The notes: a model not told the origin generated them from the sequence alone. Positions 37,171 through 50,420 are shown, counted from the stretch's first letter. The stretch is 64,000 nt of DNA from Anthoceros angustus (GCA_010909165.1 MU008168.1:1550001-1614000); one strand, 5' to 3'. Program-made: numbers and translations.

Positions 37171-37499
37171 CTTTTTTTTGAGGAATTTATTCAGCACTTT
37201 ATAAATGGATGTGATCATACAACTTACTAGGAGCAAAAACAGGGGTCAGACGGAGTCTGCAAATTGAGCAAGGGACCAGGCGGCCGGGCCATCACATTGC
37301 GGCCAGCACAAATCACAGAAATAGGAACAAAGTGACAGGCCCCCAAGGAGCCCCTTACTCAAACTCCCCCCACCACCTTAGACTTCATATCATACAGTTC
37401 GTTGAGCACACCACCCAGACGCTCCACCAATTATGGCGGACATAAAAACGGGCAGTGATGGCACCCCAAAGCCGGGATCCTCCTTCACTCGGCTCTATC

Positions 37500-38479
37500 C
37501 CCCTCTATACGCAGCCCGCATCTTTTCTTCTAGGATGCAGGGTGCGCCGAGCATCATAGTTATGTGAGGTAAGACGATCTTTGTCTTGTAGTCTGTCTGT
37601 ACCTGAATCAGAGGGGTTGGAAGACCCTGACATGATGACTACGCGTTGATTCTTGCAGAGTCAAAGGGGTGTAGAAAGGAGAGCAAGTTGCTCCCTGAGG
37701 AGATCAATCTCCTATTCATGTTTAGCCATCGTCATCAGATCAGAGGTTCTTAAATTCTCCAAACGCTCCTGTCTGGACTGGATGGCATCAACTCGAGATG
37801 TAAACTCCAGTACAGTACTTTTTACATTCAAGATTGAATTCAGAAGCGCCTCATGCTCAGTGAATGCCTCGGGGTAAGGTCTTTGCTTCTTCAGTTGTTG
37901 TGAATTTAATGAAGGCTTGTGTACAGGTTGAACAGGAGTTGGCGTTGATGCTTGGCCGTTTTTTGCAGAGGATACAGACTGAAGAAACGGTCTTAGGAAC
38001 CGATTCCTACTGGTGATGCAGATTTTTTGTAGTAAAGCCTTTCAAATTCAGCCTGGAAGGAGGACGGGGAAGTGTATGCTATCAGCCGTTCCTCACCTCT
38101 AGCAAAATCTGGCCAAGATTGCCTGCAGGGATTCCTGCGAGGCATCTTTCCTTATGTGTTAGGTTAGATGAAACCCTGGTGCAACGGATCGCTCCATTCT
38201 ACAGTACCTGCAAGAATACGTAGAGATTTAGATTGCTGACAAGCAGCACGGCTCAGACCATCGTGGGCTCTGATACCATGTAGCGTTGATACACGCACAT
38301 CGGATCAGACTCATTCACGAAGAATGCATGTATATAGATTATTCTCAAAGGGGAAACAAGAGGTGCAAGTCATAGTATGATGAAACGGTTATTATAACTA
38401 CTTAACTAACAACTAGAGTTTAATTATATAGGCTAGGTATATACAATATACTAATTAATCAACAATTAATTACCCAACA
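37500..38479 (-). mobile_element. LTR retrotransposon 5' remnant: ~200-bp LTR (38279-38479), Met-tRNA PBS (38267-38278), decayed internal region
   Basis: The minus strand reads TGTTGGG...CGCTACA, immediately followed by TGGTATCAGAGC. Confidence 0.75.
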
Positions 38480-39056
38480 CAATCCGCTAACGCACTTTCT
38501 GCACAGGCTACTTGATCAAATTTAACCCAAAACATACCTCGGGCTGTTGCGTGTGTCTGGGTATGCACTATGCTATGCTCAAGAGGTGAGCTGCCGGTGG
38601 AGCAACATAAATAGCGGATCTAGAGAAGCTCACAATGAGGCACATGTAGGTGGGTGCTCCTTGTAGAGCACTAGAGCCGGTTATAGTAAGAACAGAAATA
38701 AACGCTTATGTAACTGAATGTGTGGTAATGAGCGAGATAGCCTCGGATAAGCGAAGGCTTTTGAAGCAACCAAAGCCGCATATCCGATAGGTTCTAATGT
38801 TCAGATGCTGGGATATATAGGCAGTGAGGAACTGCACGATGCCCGTGAATAACCGATGAAGCCTTAGGGCTCAGTGTGACCACCGACAACAAGGGAAAGC
38901 TGGTGGATTGTTGGATTGAAGGAAGGATAGTGGAAATATTCTCTGCGTCCAAAAAATCAAACGCGTCATCTGCCCTCTCCATAACAGCGGTAGATGGATC
39001 CTTGCTTCTCCCTGTTGCAACATGGACACGAAAGATTTAAACCCTAAACCCTGAAC

Positions 39057-41119
39057 ATGGTCTATTCATCGATTTCACTATCGGCACGAGCATCCACGGT
39101 CACACAGGAGTGGTGGGCAATTGGCGTGGGCAATCGTGTACGACAAAAATGCACATTGTATTTCCGGTTTGTTGACTGTGGCTCAGCTGCGGGGTTTGGG
39201 CATAATACGGACGCCATGTCACAGCGCAAGGGCCAGGGCAAGGGGAGGGGTCCTTTGGCTACAGAGGCGTGCGAGGGATCCAGCGTCAGGTACCGAACGC
39301 TCGATCCCGTACGGAGCAGTGCGGAGACTATGCCCCTTCTGGAAAACCCAATCTCTTTGGAGCAGGTAGATGAGGTACCATTCTGCAGCTTGCGACTGAA
39401 TAAAACTGCCTGGACATGGTTCCATGTTCTGAATTCGGGACAATTGACTGTAGGTGCGAGCTCCATCAGTGTTTGAAGAAGCGTCCAAATATATCTCGCT
39501 TATAATGCCCTCCTACAACGAGGAAGCCAGATTACCTGCGGTGCTTGATGAAACCTTAAGGTAGTCACTTGTCTTCACTCACTGGGTTTTTCATCGGTTG
39601 ACATGTTCCTGAAATGTAGGGTCTAAGTTACCGAAGCCCGACTCTTGTTTGAAGAAGCTTCTTCATGTGCCCATTGCAGGTATCTTCAAGATCGAGCTCG
39701 CAAGGACAATTCTTTTACCTATGAGGTACACTAGAAGTTCATCACTCTAGACCTAATTGGACCATGGTCTGCAGCAAGTGTAGCAGCCTCTACAGTTAAC
39801 CACCATTGGTTCTTGCCGGGTTGGTTGCGTTGGATATACTTTGGAATTTGCTGACCTGTCTCTGCTTGCTGGTTGAAGATCTTGGTTATTGATGATGGCA
39901 GCAAAGACAACACTGTGAAGGTTGCTCTTGACTACAGCAAGAAACATGGGTTGGATGTTGTGCGGGTTATTAAGCAGGGTGCAAATTTTGGGAAAGGGGC
40001 GGCTGTAAGATTGGTACTGTTCAGCCTTGCAAGCTTCATCTGGATGTCATGCCTTCTACTGTGCCGTTGCATGACCTTACTTGTTATTTCCCATTGTGTT
40101 AGGGTATGCTATGCTCACGAGGTGAGCTTCTTCTTATGTTGGATGCCGATGGAGCAACACAAATAACGGATTTAGAAAAGCTTGAGGGACAGGTAGGCAG
40201 ACTAGGTTTGCGTTTCCATAGGCGCTTCTATTGTGATTCCTTGTGCCTACTAATAAGGTTCGCTGTATTGGCCAGGCCTTGCCTACTTCGAAGTTCATGT
40301 CTAACTGCCATCTTTGAAGACTGAGCTTTGTGGGCATCGTTGTGAATCTCAAGCAGATAAAGAAAGAGCATGTTGAGCTATATCCACCTGAAAGCAAGAC
40401 GGCAACTGCAAAGCTCCAAGATGTGCCCATTGTCGTTTTTGGTTCCCGAGCCCACCTTGAGAAGCAAGCGTTGGCCAGCGTACGTTATCAGTGTGGATGC
40501 ATCTTTCAGACACTGCTTTTCTGCTGTGCAAATGCCAAGACTTCTAACTGGAAGGCTGATCTGTAGTTCGATGATATTGCAGCGTAAGTGGTATAGGAAC
40601 GTCTTGATGAAAGGGTTTCATATTTGTGTCCTGCTGGTGGCTGGTTCTGGAGTTCGAGATACCCAGGCAAGTACTTGTCGTGCATATCCAGCAGTGGGTT
40701 GAACTGCTGCTTGTGATCATCTCATGCAGCCATGTGTTCGTTGGCTTACTGTTTCAACCTTTCCTCTTCATCACCACCCTGCAGTGTGGCTTCAAACTTT
40801 TCACGCGCTCTGTTGCCCGGGTGATATTCATCAATCTTCGGCTCAGAAGGTAAGACAATTCATTATCTGGTCGCATATGAGTTCACCTGATACTCTATAC
40901 TGATCATGGCACCCTCGTGGCAGGTGGTGTTTTGATGTGGAAATCGTATATCTCTGCAAACAGTTACACATTCCCATGAAAGAGGTTGCCGTGAACTGGA
41001 CCGAAATTCCAGGCTCGAAGGTGAAAGTATGGAGCATAATCCACATGCTGTTTGAGTTGCTGTTAATTAGACTTCTATATGGGTTTCATATCTGGACGAT
41101 CCAGAAGGCAATGTTCTAG
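39057..41119 (+). CDS. ALG5: Dolichyl-phosphate beta-glucosyltransferase (GT2), multi-exon; N-terminus uncertain
   Basis: KYISLIMPSYNEEARLPAVLDET, ILVIDDGSKDNT, NFGKGAAVR, GELLLMLDADGAT, VFGSRAHLE, RDTQ|CGFKLF, WCFDVEI, EVAVNWTEIPGSKV. A double telo-box (39040-39053) precedes the ATG. Confidence 0.93.
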
Positions 41120-41423
41120 GATGACGGTTGATAAACAAGATCGAGATACTATTACCTGGATGCCAAGAACGGTCTTTGCAGTTTTCTTTCCTTCATCACC
41201 TACTGAAACTGTATGCCTGGTATGCCTGATTTATTCAGGGGCTGACACACAGCAGGCTTGCCCTCTCCTTCTCCACCCTCATGAAGTGCAGTTGGTCACC
41301 CGGTGGAGCTCGATCCTGCTCGCACCATGGCCGCCTTGTCATTTTCTAGTTCTCGGTCAATACATTGGCAACGTGCCACGAGCAGATGTCACTCCAGGAC
41401 TGTCGTCTCCTTTTTGAGCTCCG

Positions 41424-43753
41424 ATGACCCACCGGCGATGGCTGGTTTCCAGGTCTATCCCTTCAGCCTTCAGCAATTTTCGTGTGTCGTCCTTGTGCAG
41501 CGCAGCTGTGGAGAGGGCGGGCGATGGGCAGGTGATAGCACAGTACAAGATAGCCGAGCAGCTGGAATCTGAAGAGCAGAAGGAAGAGAAGGAGCAGGGA
41601 CAGGGACAGGAGCAGGAGGAAAAGCTGGTGAAATGGGCCTCTCTGCCGCAACGGAGGCTGGACAGCGAGGTGATAGGGCACCTGATCAGGATTCTGAGGT
41701 CGGGAAGATGGGGGAGGGGAATGCAGGAATCGCTGGGGAGGCTGGGCCGGCTGAGGCTCAAGCCCTACCATGTGGCGGAGGTGTTGAAGGCTGTGCGAGA
41801 GAGAGATGCGAGCGTGGTATCTGGATTCTTCCAATGGGCCAGGAGGCACGGCGGATTCGTGCCCAACTCCCTGTGCTACGCGGTCTTGATCGACGTGCTG
41901 GGGGCGGGGAAGGCCTTCGACGAGGTGGAGAAGGCCCTGAAGCGGATGCGGGAGGACGGAGCTCAGGTCACCGTCTATGTGTACACCAACCTGTTGAAGA
42001 GCTATGGCCGGGCTGGCAAGGTTGCGGAGATGATGAGAACGTTCGAGGAAATGGCAGGGCTGGCTGCCCTCCGTCCTCGTCACCTACACCTGCTTGGTGG
42101 ACTTGCTGGCCAAGCACGACCGGTTCGATGATCTGGGCAGGGTGGTGGAGAGGATGCGCCATGACATCCCTCGGTTGGACCTGTTTTCCTACAACTGCCT
42201 GCTACGAGCCTTCTGCCGAGCTCGCAATGCGGAACTGGCGGTGGAGCTATTCCAGGAGCTGAAGGAGCTGGGGCTGGTGCCTGAGGCTCAGACTTATGGG
42301 TTTCTGCTCCTCACCTTGGCCGGCGCAGGTAGGCTTGAGGAGAGCAGGGATTACTTGGAGGAATTCTGGGCCTCCGGATGCAAGCTGCTGGATGTCACAT
42401 ACAACATGCTGATCAACTCTTTTGGCAGGGCTGGCGATGTAGATACTGCCTTGAAGCTGTTCAGGGAGATGGCTGTGCAAGGGCACAAACGGAATGCAAC
42501 CACTTACCACGGTCTGCTCAACGCTCTCGGCACGGCTGGGAGGGTGGATGAAGCTTGTGAGTTCTTCAGGAAGATGGAGAGTGTTGATTCCTGTCCCCGG
42601 GACCATATTTCTTACACTCTTGTGATCAACGCGCTGGGGAAGGCTGGGAGGCTGGATGAGGCAGTGGAGTATTATACCGAGGCAAACAGTCAGTGTGTGA
42701 GCAGGGACAGCACTCTGTGTAACAGCCTCTTGACCCACTTGTGCAAGGCAGGAGCTGTGGATCGGGCCGAGCAGGTGTTTCGGGAGATGGAAGTCCAGGG
42801 GATCCGGGCGGACGTCTGGACGTTCAACATCTTGATCGACGGGTTTGGCAAGGCAGGCAGAGCACATGAAGCTTCCTCCTTCTTTGGAAAGATGAAGGAG
42901 GAGGGACATCGGCCTTCCGTGGTCACCTACAACAGTGTCATGCACTGCCTTGCGAGAGAGGGGCCTGGGGATCTGGCACAGGTGGGCAGCCTGGTGGGTG
43001 AGATGAAGAAGCGGGTGTGGAAGCTGGATGCCTGGACTTTCAACATACTTATCGACATTCATGCCAAGAGAGGGGCCTGGGGATCTGGCACAGGTGGGCA
43101 GCCTGGTGGGTGAGATGAAGAAGCGGGGTGTGAAGCTGGATGCCTGGACTTTCAACATACTTATCGACATTCATGCCAAGGAAGGGGACATGGACACTGC
43201 ATGCGCCTTCTTCAGAGAGATGCAGGACAACGGCTACCTGCCAACTGCACTGACGTACAACAGGTTGCTTGATGGATGTGGAAGAGTGGGCGACTTCGAC
43301 TCCGCCTTTGCACTGATAGAGCTGATGAAGGCAAGTAAGATCAGCCTGGATACTCACACTTACACAGTCCTGATTGATGGGTTCGGGAAGACCGGCAGGC
43401 TGGACACAGCTCTGGAACTGCTGAGGATAATGCAGAACCTGCGCGTCCAGCCTGACGTTGCCACGTACAACACACTCGTACACTGTCTTGCAAAGGTGGG
43501 CCGGCTGGACGAGGCGGGGCAGCTGTATACTGAAATGATGGAGAGCGGGCTTGAGCCCAGTGAAATCACCTACGACATCCTTTTACCTGCGTATGTGGAG
43601 AGCGGTGATGGCGATGCCGTGTTGAGGCTCCAGAAGGACAGGGAGGCTGCTGGTGTGGATTCTTTCTTCCATGTCCTTGTCACGGATGACCACTTGGAGG
43701 TGAAGCAGCAAGATGGAAGAGTCTACACCAGAAGGAGGCTCCACCAGAGATGA
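41424..43753 (+). CDS. P-class PPR protein, intronless, frameshifted in this sequence
   Basis: Tandem 35-aa P motifs (..TYNMLINSFGRAG, TFNILIDGFGKAG, TYNTLVHCLAKVG) are spread over three frames (41424-42131, 42094-43113, 43028-43753). The start could be 41327. Confidence 0.85.
42957..43180. repeat. 112-bp tandem duplication inside the PPR gene
   Basis: AGAGGGGCCTGGGGATCTGG...ATGCCAAG occurs at 42957-43068 and 43069-43180. Confidence 0.95.
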
Positions 43754-44348
43754 CCCTCCAGGGCCACACTGCACCCACACATGTTTCATCAGTCCAGTTG
43801 AGCTCAGCTCAACCCAGGTCAGAAGGTCTTCAAGATGTGCACGCTAGCTACCTTCTGAATTGCTGCTGCTGCTGCTGCTGCTGCCATGTTAGGCTTGCAA
43901 GATGCAACCGTTCTCAATGCCATGCCTAAGTGTATTGTTGAGGCTTGTTACCTAGGAAGAAAGCAGTCGTAAGCACCGCGAGCGATGAAGGGTACTCCTG
44001 GATGTGGATCTCACGAGGTCCACCTTACACAGAAATATCTCTGAAATATGTTTAAGAGTTCACCTCACGGAAATATCTGTGAAATACAGTGAAGGGACGG
44101 TGTTCGTCCTTGGCAACATGTTTCTCAGGGGCGCACACGGCCTGCACGGAAACGGCACGCTGTTGGCACGTCCCGTCCTCGAATCTCATCGGGTGCCGGT
44201 TAAGCCACCTGATCAGCAGCGTGGAGCGCGAGTTCCGGGTAGCGCCGGCGCGAAGCGAATTGTGGATAGTTGGCGCTCTCGCAGTCACACAGAAGCAGGA
44301 GGTGAGGCGGCTCCGGCTCCGGCTCCGTGATCGATGCTGTAGCCCTCG

Positions 44349-46478
44349 ATGGGGCTGGGCGGTGGCATGGCGCTGCTGGCCGGCAAGCTGCAGCTGGCGA
44401 GGTTGCCGACGAGCTCGAGCTCGAGTTCCAGCTGCTGCCAACAGCAGCAGCATCAGCATCAGCAGCAGCATCAGCAGCAGCAGCAGCAGCAGAATCAGCA
44501 AGCAGGCTTGAGCCTGGGCAGACGACATGGCGGGGGCCGCCTGCCCCAGCGTCAGGGCCCAGCGGAAGGCGGCCCCTTGCTGGCCGTGAGCGACGATGAT
44601 GTCGTCATCACTTCTGTGAGAGGTATACTATCACCTCGATTGCTCCTCCCTGCATTGTGTGTGAGAAATGTGTGACAATGGCGAGTGCGATGGCAATGGC
44701 AACTGCATGAAAATGGCAATGGCAATGGCAATGGCAAGAGAGGCGGAGAGAGAGTGCTTGTCACTGAGGTACCATCTTTTTTGATGCAGCTGGTGGGCCT
44801 GGCAGAGCTTGCAGATGGGAGCTTCCACTACGCGTTCGGAGCAGGAGCATCACCGCCGCCTCCGCAGCCCAGCAAGAGGGGGGACGACCTGGCTTCATCC
44901 AGGGCTCAGCATGTGCTCACTCCTGCGCCATTGCATCTGCCGCAGAGACCGCCGTCTCGGTTCAGGAAGCATTCCCCGATTCCCGTGCGGGCTGGCAGGA
45001 CAAAGGGGGGAGGGAAGGAGAAAAAGGAGCAGGAGCAGGTGCAGGTGCAGGTTCAGCAGCAAGAGCAGGTGCAGAAACAGGAGGTGAGAAGGGTAGCATG
45101 GCGGAAGGACCCGGGTGTGCCTGTTCGGCCTAAGTCCTCCTTCGTGAAGCGGTCTCCTATTCCCAATCTCACCTCCAGGCCACGGTGCCCTGTCTCTCTT
45201 CCTGCCCCTGTCGTCGTAGACGATGCTGTGGAAGAGCAGCCTGACGAATCTCTGCCGTTCTTCCCCTCCACCTCCTGTTTCTCCTTCTTCTCCTCCTCCT
45301 CCTTCTCCTCCTCCTCCTTTGCTGGTAGTGAATGGTGTCGCAAGAGAGCAGCATTCCGACAACAGAGTTCCTAAGGCTGCTGAGGTTTCCAGGAGCGGCG
45401 GCTCCAACAAGGCAGAGGCGGCGTCCAAGTCTGGCATGGGAGAATCTGTAGCTGCCACAGCTGAATCTCAGTCATGGCTGTCCAGCTTCCGGCTGCTGAT
45501 CATCCTCCAGCTCCAGATGCTGCTGTTGCTGCTCCAGATGCTGCTGCTGCCCTCCCTCCCGTCAAGAGCTGCTTCAAGTTTGTCCGCCAGTCTCCGATTC
45601 CCTCCCAAGCCCGGAAGAAGTCATTGCAGGAGCCGGTTGTTGAAGCAAGGAGCTTGGTGGAGACTACCGTGATGGAGAGGAATGTGCTAGAGAGCAAGGT
45701 GGTGGAGAGCAATGTGGTAGAGAGCAAGGTGGTGGAGAGCAATGTGGTAGAGAGCAAGGTGGTGGACAGCACTGTTGTTGAGAGCGAGGTGGTGGAGAGC
45801 GCGGTTGTTGAGAGCACGGTGGTGGAGGGCACGGTTGTAGAGGGCACGGTGGAGGAGAGCAGGGAGCAGAGGACGTTGGAGATCAATGGTGCAGGGGCCC
45901 CTGTCCAAGGGCTTGTCGAGGAGGACAGTAGTCAGGGAAGTAGCAGTAGCAATGGATGTAGCAGTAGCGCCAAGGGAGGCAGCGGTAGTAGCGAAGACAG
46001 CAGCGGTAGTAGCAAGGGGAGCAGTAGCAGTACCAAGGAAAGCAGCAGCAGTACCAGTGTTGTGGAGCTGCCTCCTCTGCCTCCTGTTCGGCCTAAATCC
46101 AACTTCTTCCGGAGATCCCCGATTCCACGTCATCTTCCAGCCAAGCAGCCTGTGCAGGAGGTCAAGGTAGAACCACTCCAACAACGTCCTCCTGCCCCTG
46201 CTCGTGCTCGGAGATCACCAAAGAAATCTGCAAAGGAATCAGCAAGAAATGCAGTGCCAAAAGCAGCCGTGGAAGATGGCAAGGCACCTGTGGATCAGGA
46301 TCCTGAAACTGGATCACAGGAGGTACAAGATCCTCAGGCAGAGAAGCCAGAGGACCAGCTTCCTGCCGATCTTGCTGCCTGCACGCTCGTGCAACTGAGA
46401 GGGATTGCCAAGGCCCGAGGTCTCAAGGGCTACTCAAGGCTGAAGAAGGCCGAGCTCATAGCTCTGCTTCAACAATAA
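44349..46478 (+). CDS. Rho termination factor N-terminal-domain protein (RHON1-like), low-complexity; intron ~44623-44814, frame irregularity ~45260-45474
   Basis: The C-terminus DLAACTLVQLRGIAKARGLKGYSRLKKAELIALL is a Rho_N domain. It also has four RPxSxFxxxSPIP-type motifs, polyQ/polyS in exon 1 and VVES repeats. Confidence 0.8.
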
Positions 46479-47209
46479 AGGAAGGAAGCTTCCCATTTGT
46501 GATGTTTGGTTTTGTCAGACAATCTGTATCAGAGGGCTTTGAAGGAGGAGGGACATTCTGACAGCTGTAGATACGACGTCAATGAGTGTCTGATTCCTGA
46601 TCCTAGCTGTCTGCGTTCTGTTTAGGTTGAGTTATGTCGAAGAGCGCCAACGTTACTGCTTCTGTGCTACCCGAGTGATGGCAGCATGTGTAGCCTGCTT
46701 GTGTGTGTGCCCTTGCGAGATCTCGTCCAGTCCAATGTGCTGACGAGATTGATCCCGTGGTCCTCTCTCGCCCCCTCCAGCAGTGAACCGGGGCCCGTCT
46801 CATAGCTCTAAAGATTGATCCCTTGCATGTGCCCACTCCGATTGTCACCCCCTCAGCTATAAACAAGCAAGCAATTGAAACAAACACGGTCGCTCAAGAC
46901 GAGTGGGACTGCCTAGTTCGCCTTTAACTTACATTCGTGTGGCCGTTGCGGGGCGTGATACCTAGAACATAGATAGTGATGAGGGGGCTTATTGGACGAC
47001 TATATATTGGGCTCACTGCCTAACTAATCTGCCTTATTAGTTCGCCTTTAAATTAGATTGTTGCGGTCGTTGTGGGGTGTGATACTGGGAATGTGGAGAC
47101 TTTGTAAAAAGAGCGAGATGGGAAATCCCATCTACGCCTCGCTACCCCGAAGCGAAAGGGGACAACCCATGACGAGGCATCAGGCCAGGGGGCGTGCCCC
47201 TCCACTAAT

Positions 47210-47830
47210 CTACCCTGTAGCCCCAACCGCCCCCAAGATGTCGCCGTCCGAGATAGGGAACGGCCTACTTACCATTGATGCCTCCGATGCCGAGTCACCT
47301 GCACTCGTGATCGTCCTAAAGATGGCGCTGGCCAACGCCCTTTGCAGAGCGATGGAAACCCATTGCCTAAAATATGCCAGGACACTGGAAAGGGGGAGGC
47401 CAACCCCGCCCCTGTCGTTGTGGTAGGCCCTTGCGCACTCCTTGATAAAACGAGAAAAAACCTTACCCAAGGCCCCATGGGTTTCAATGGCAAGGGGGAT
47501 GAAAATGTGACCTTGCTGCATGGGCCTTTACTTGTAAATTTTCTTAGTTACGCTCCCTTCCGCCGCCCAACCTAGAGGGTTGATGATGATATGGTCGCTA
47601 ATAGAATCTCTGGTTGGGTGAGTGACAACCACGTCCATAGCAACTCGTCCGTTAAGAAAAGGTCATCTCTGATAGAGACCTCATTGAGCAGAGTATACTG
47701 CCACTCCTTGAAAGGGAAGAAACTGTTTCTCTTTGGCCATCGAGAATATGACGTCTTGGACGGCATCGTGTATTAGGGAACGGACGCGCGAAGTGGCGTC
47801 ACGGCCGAGACCGTTCTGGGCCGTGCGCCC
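47210..47830 (-). mobile_element. 5'-truncated copy of the same CRE/R2-like non-LTR family (RLE 3' end)
   Basis: VAMDVVVTHPTRDSISDHIIINPLGWAAEGSVTKKIYK*..GHIFIPLAIETHGALG..FRQWVSIALQRA is homologous to 110-270 (DVVVMDPT..VIINPLGWAAE). Confidence 0.85.
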
Positions 47831-49292
47831 GACGCGTCCGCTTTCTGGCGTAAGGCGGCGAGTGCGGGCCGGGCAGCGCCCCACTCATTGCCGGACCCGA
47901 GGCAATAGCCGAGGTCTGTGGCTACTAATGTTGCCTATACTTGACTTACAACTCTCTTTTCTCTCTTTTCTCTCTCTTTCAAGTAAAATAACAACTATCA
48001 GTTTTTAACTTTCGCACATTAAAGTGTTCGAGCTATTTTCCACCATTTTACCAGAGTACTTTTATAGTTTTACGGACATGTCGCATACTTCCTAGGTATA
48101 TTCTACCAGGGTTGAAGGAGTGTACACCGGTGATTTTGGATGTGCATGGTCTTCAGAGTAATATTTCTTCCTCTGCTCATTGTACGGTCCGGATAGAAAG
48201 TTTATCATTTCGAGTATCTCGTCCAAAAGCGAATATTTTTACAGGCAATGACAATGTAAGAAATTGTGCAAATTGAATATAACTATTCAAAATCTCATAT
48301 ACTAACCTCAAACAGTGCAAACAACTCCTTTTGATTCTTCGATAGCTACAAACAAAGGTAAAAATAGGTTAATATTTTACCTCCATTTCAAGTCGAAGTA
48401 GATCCTGCTCGGTAAATACCTTTATGACTAATGTTAAGCAATGGCTGTGAAGATTTCCCACACTGCGGAAATGTGATTGTACGTTCTGGAAAGAGACACC
48501 AACGTTAGAATTTCCATATTTTTATATATAGGAAATCTTAATATAAAGACCTTTTGAATGTTTCTCGTTATTTGGATCTTCCATGAGGGACAACAAGTCC
48601 AGTAGTTTTCAGCTCCTTATTTTCAATGGCTTCCGATATTTCTACACTACCAAAATACAAGGTATTAATAGTATTACTTCACACAAACCAATTAATCCAA
48701 GAATCTTACTTCTTTGTATCTCCATGTGTTGTTGTAGTGTTGGTGTAGACCCATCTTCATTGAGGATTGGCTGCACTGGATCTTTAAGACTATGTTCCCA
48801 AATGGGAACATAGTTGTTTTTGAAATCTTGGAATACTTGTGGATATTGGAAGTTATTCATCCATTTTCCATAATCAGCAAATTCCTCGACGGGCATACGT
48901 TGGTGCATTATCTTCGGACTCGTCTATTTTTCTCTTTTTCTGCTTTGGAAATACAGCAATTAGTTTAAGTTGCTAAAATCAAACATGCAAATAGCCAAAT
49001 TATGACTTTAACCAACCTGATGAGAGATGGCTGTTTTGTCGATTTTATCGTCCATTGCTTCTATTTTTTCCTTGATTTCCTTAGCAGCAGCTGCTTGTTC
49101 TGCAGCACTTTGTAAACAAAAGATTAATAAGTATTATTGTATTTATAATGTACTGCAACTATAAATGGCAGCAGATTATTTGTTAAAATACCTCCAATAT
49201 CGACTGAATCGAGATTTGATGTCCATTGAACCTCCTGACCAGAGTCATTGTCTCCAACTCTAATTGAGCATCAGTGAGGGGTGTTACTTAGT

Positions 49293-50420
49293 GGTATCAG
49301 AGTGTGGTCCATTCCTTCGAGTGACTAGAGAATACACAAGATGGTCAATCAGAAGCGTAAGGAGAGGATGAAGAAGCAGCAGTCTCTTGTCGATCATCCG
49401 CCTCAACCGCCTGAAGATTCATCATCGTCAGAAGAAGAGGAAGTGAGAGCGCCACCTCAGAACATAGCAAGCCCATCTGGAGAGAAGTCAGAGGACTGGA
49501 AGAAACAGATGATGGAAGTACTTTATCAAGTTCTTCCAGGTGTCTTGGACGATGTGATGACTTCAAGGAAGCAGACAAAGAAGAATCCAGTGCCCACAGC
49601 TCAACAAGGTGAAGATGCGAAAGATCAACAAGAAGAAATCTTTCCGGCAAATTCAGCAAGCATCTTCAAAGTGGCTCCAAAGTTGAGCATGAAGTTAGCT
49701 CTACCAGATAAGTATGAGGGAGAAAGAGATCTGCAAGTTATTGATTCTTGGATCTATTCTGTTGCGACTTATCTCACCTCATCTGGTCTTGAGCTGGAGT
49801 ACTACTTGGGTGTTATTAGTAACTTCCTTAAGGGTTATACTTTGGTCTGGTGGCGGAGTTATGGTGCTAATGTCGCCCAGGGTAACCGAGCACATACCAT
49901 CTAGACTGGGCATCTTTCAAAGAAGCCCTCAAGGTTCAACTGCAGATGCTTCACGTCTGAGAGACAGCACGACAATATCAAGAAATCAGACGAGATTATG
50001 CGTACCTTGAAGCCGCTTGCACTGCACTACCATGAGTGAGGATGATAAGCTGCATCGCTTCATGGCTGGTTTGAAAGATTGGACTACTAACAGAATTGAG
50101 TTGTTTAGTCCAACTACATTGGCAGAGGCCATTACAGCAGCAGATGCCATTCCAGATACTTTTCATTTTAGTACACCCAACTCCACCACACGATTTCGAG
50201 GCAATACTCGTGGTCGGTATGCCCAGACTAGAGGAAGCTTTAGTAGTGCCGGCAGAGGAGCTGCCAAGGACACTAGCGGAAATGGAATTGCAAGAGGCAA
50301 TTCAAAAGGAAATTTCCATGGAAGAAATCAAGAGGCAGAGGTCATGAACAGAATGGTTCTCGAAAAGGAGTCTGCTACTCATGTGGAGAGTCGGGACATT
50401 ATGCAAATGAATGCTTGAAT
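49293..50420 (+). mobile_element. Ty3/gypsy LTR retrotransposon remnant: PBS + frameshifted gag
   Basis: TGGTATCAGAG at 49293. Gag motifs LPDKYEGERD...DSWIYSV and MSEDDKLHRFMAGLK...PTTLAEAI, plus zinc knuckle CYSCGESGHYANEC (~50373-50414). Confidence 0.88.

Noticed and set aside
38794-38982. Small minus-strand ORF divergent from ALG5
   Set aside because: 62 aa with no recognisable motif or clear splice partners.
43862-44490. (GCT)n and (CAG)n microsatellites
   Set aside because: Ordinary short tandem repeats (3' UTR and polyQ).
41424-46478. Programmed frameshifting in the PPR and Rho_N genes
   Set aside because: No slippery heptamer or pseudoknot is evident, and the lesions are better explained by sequencing indels.
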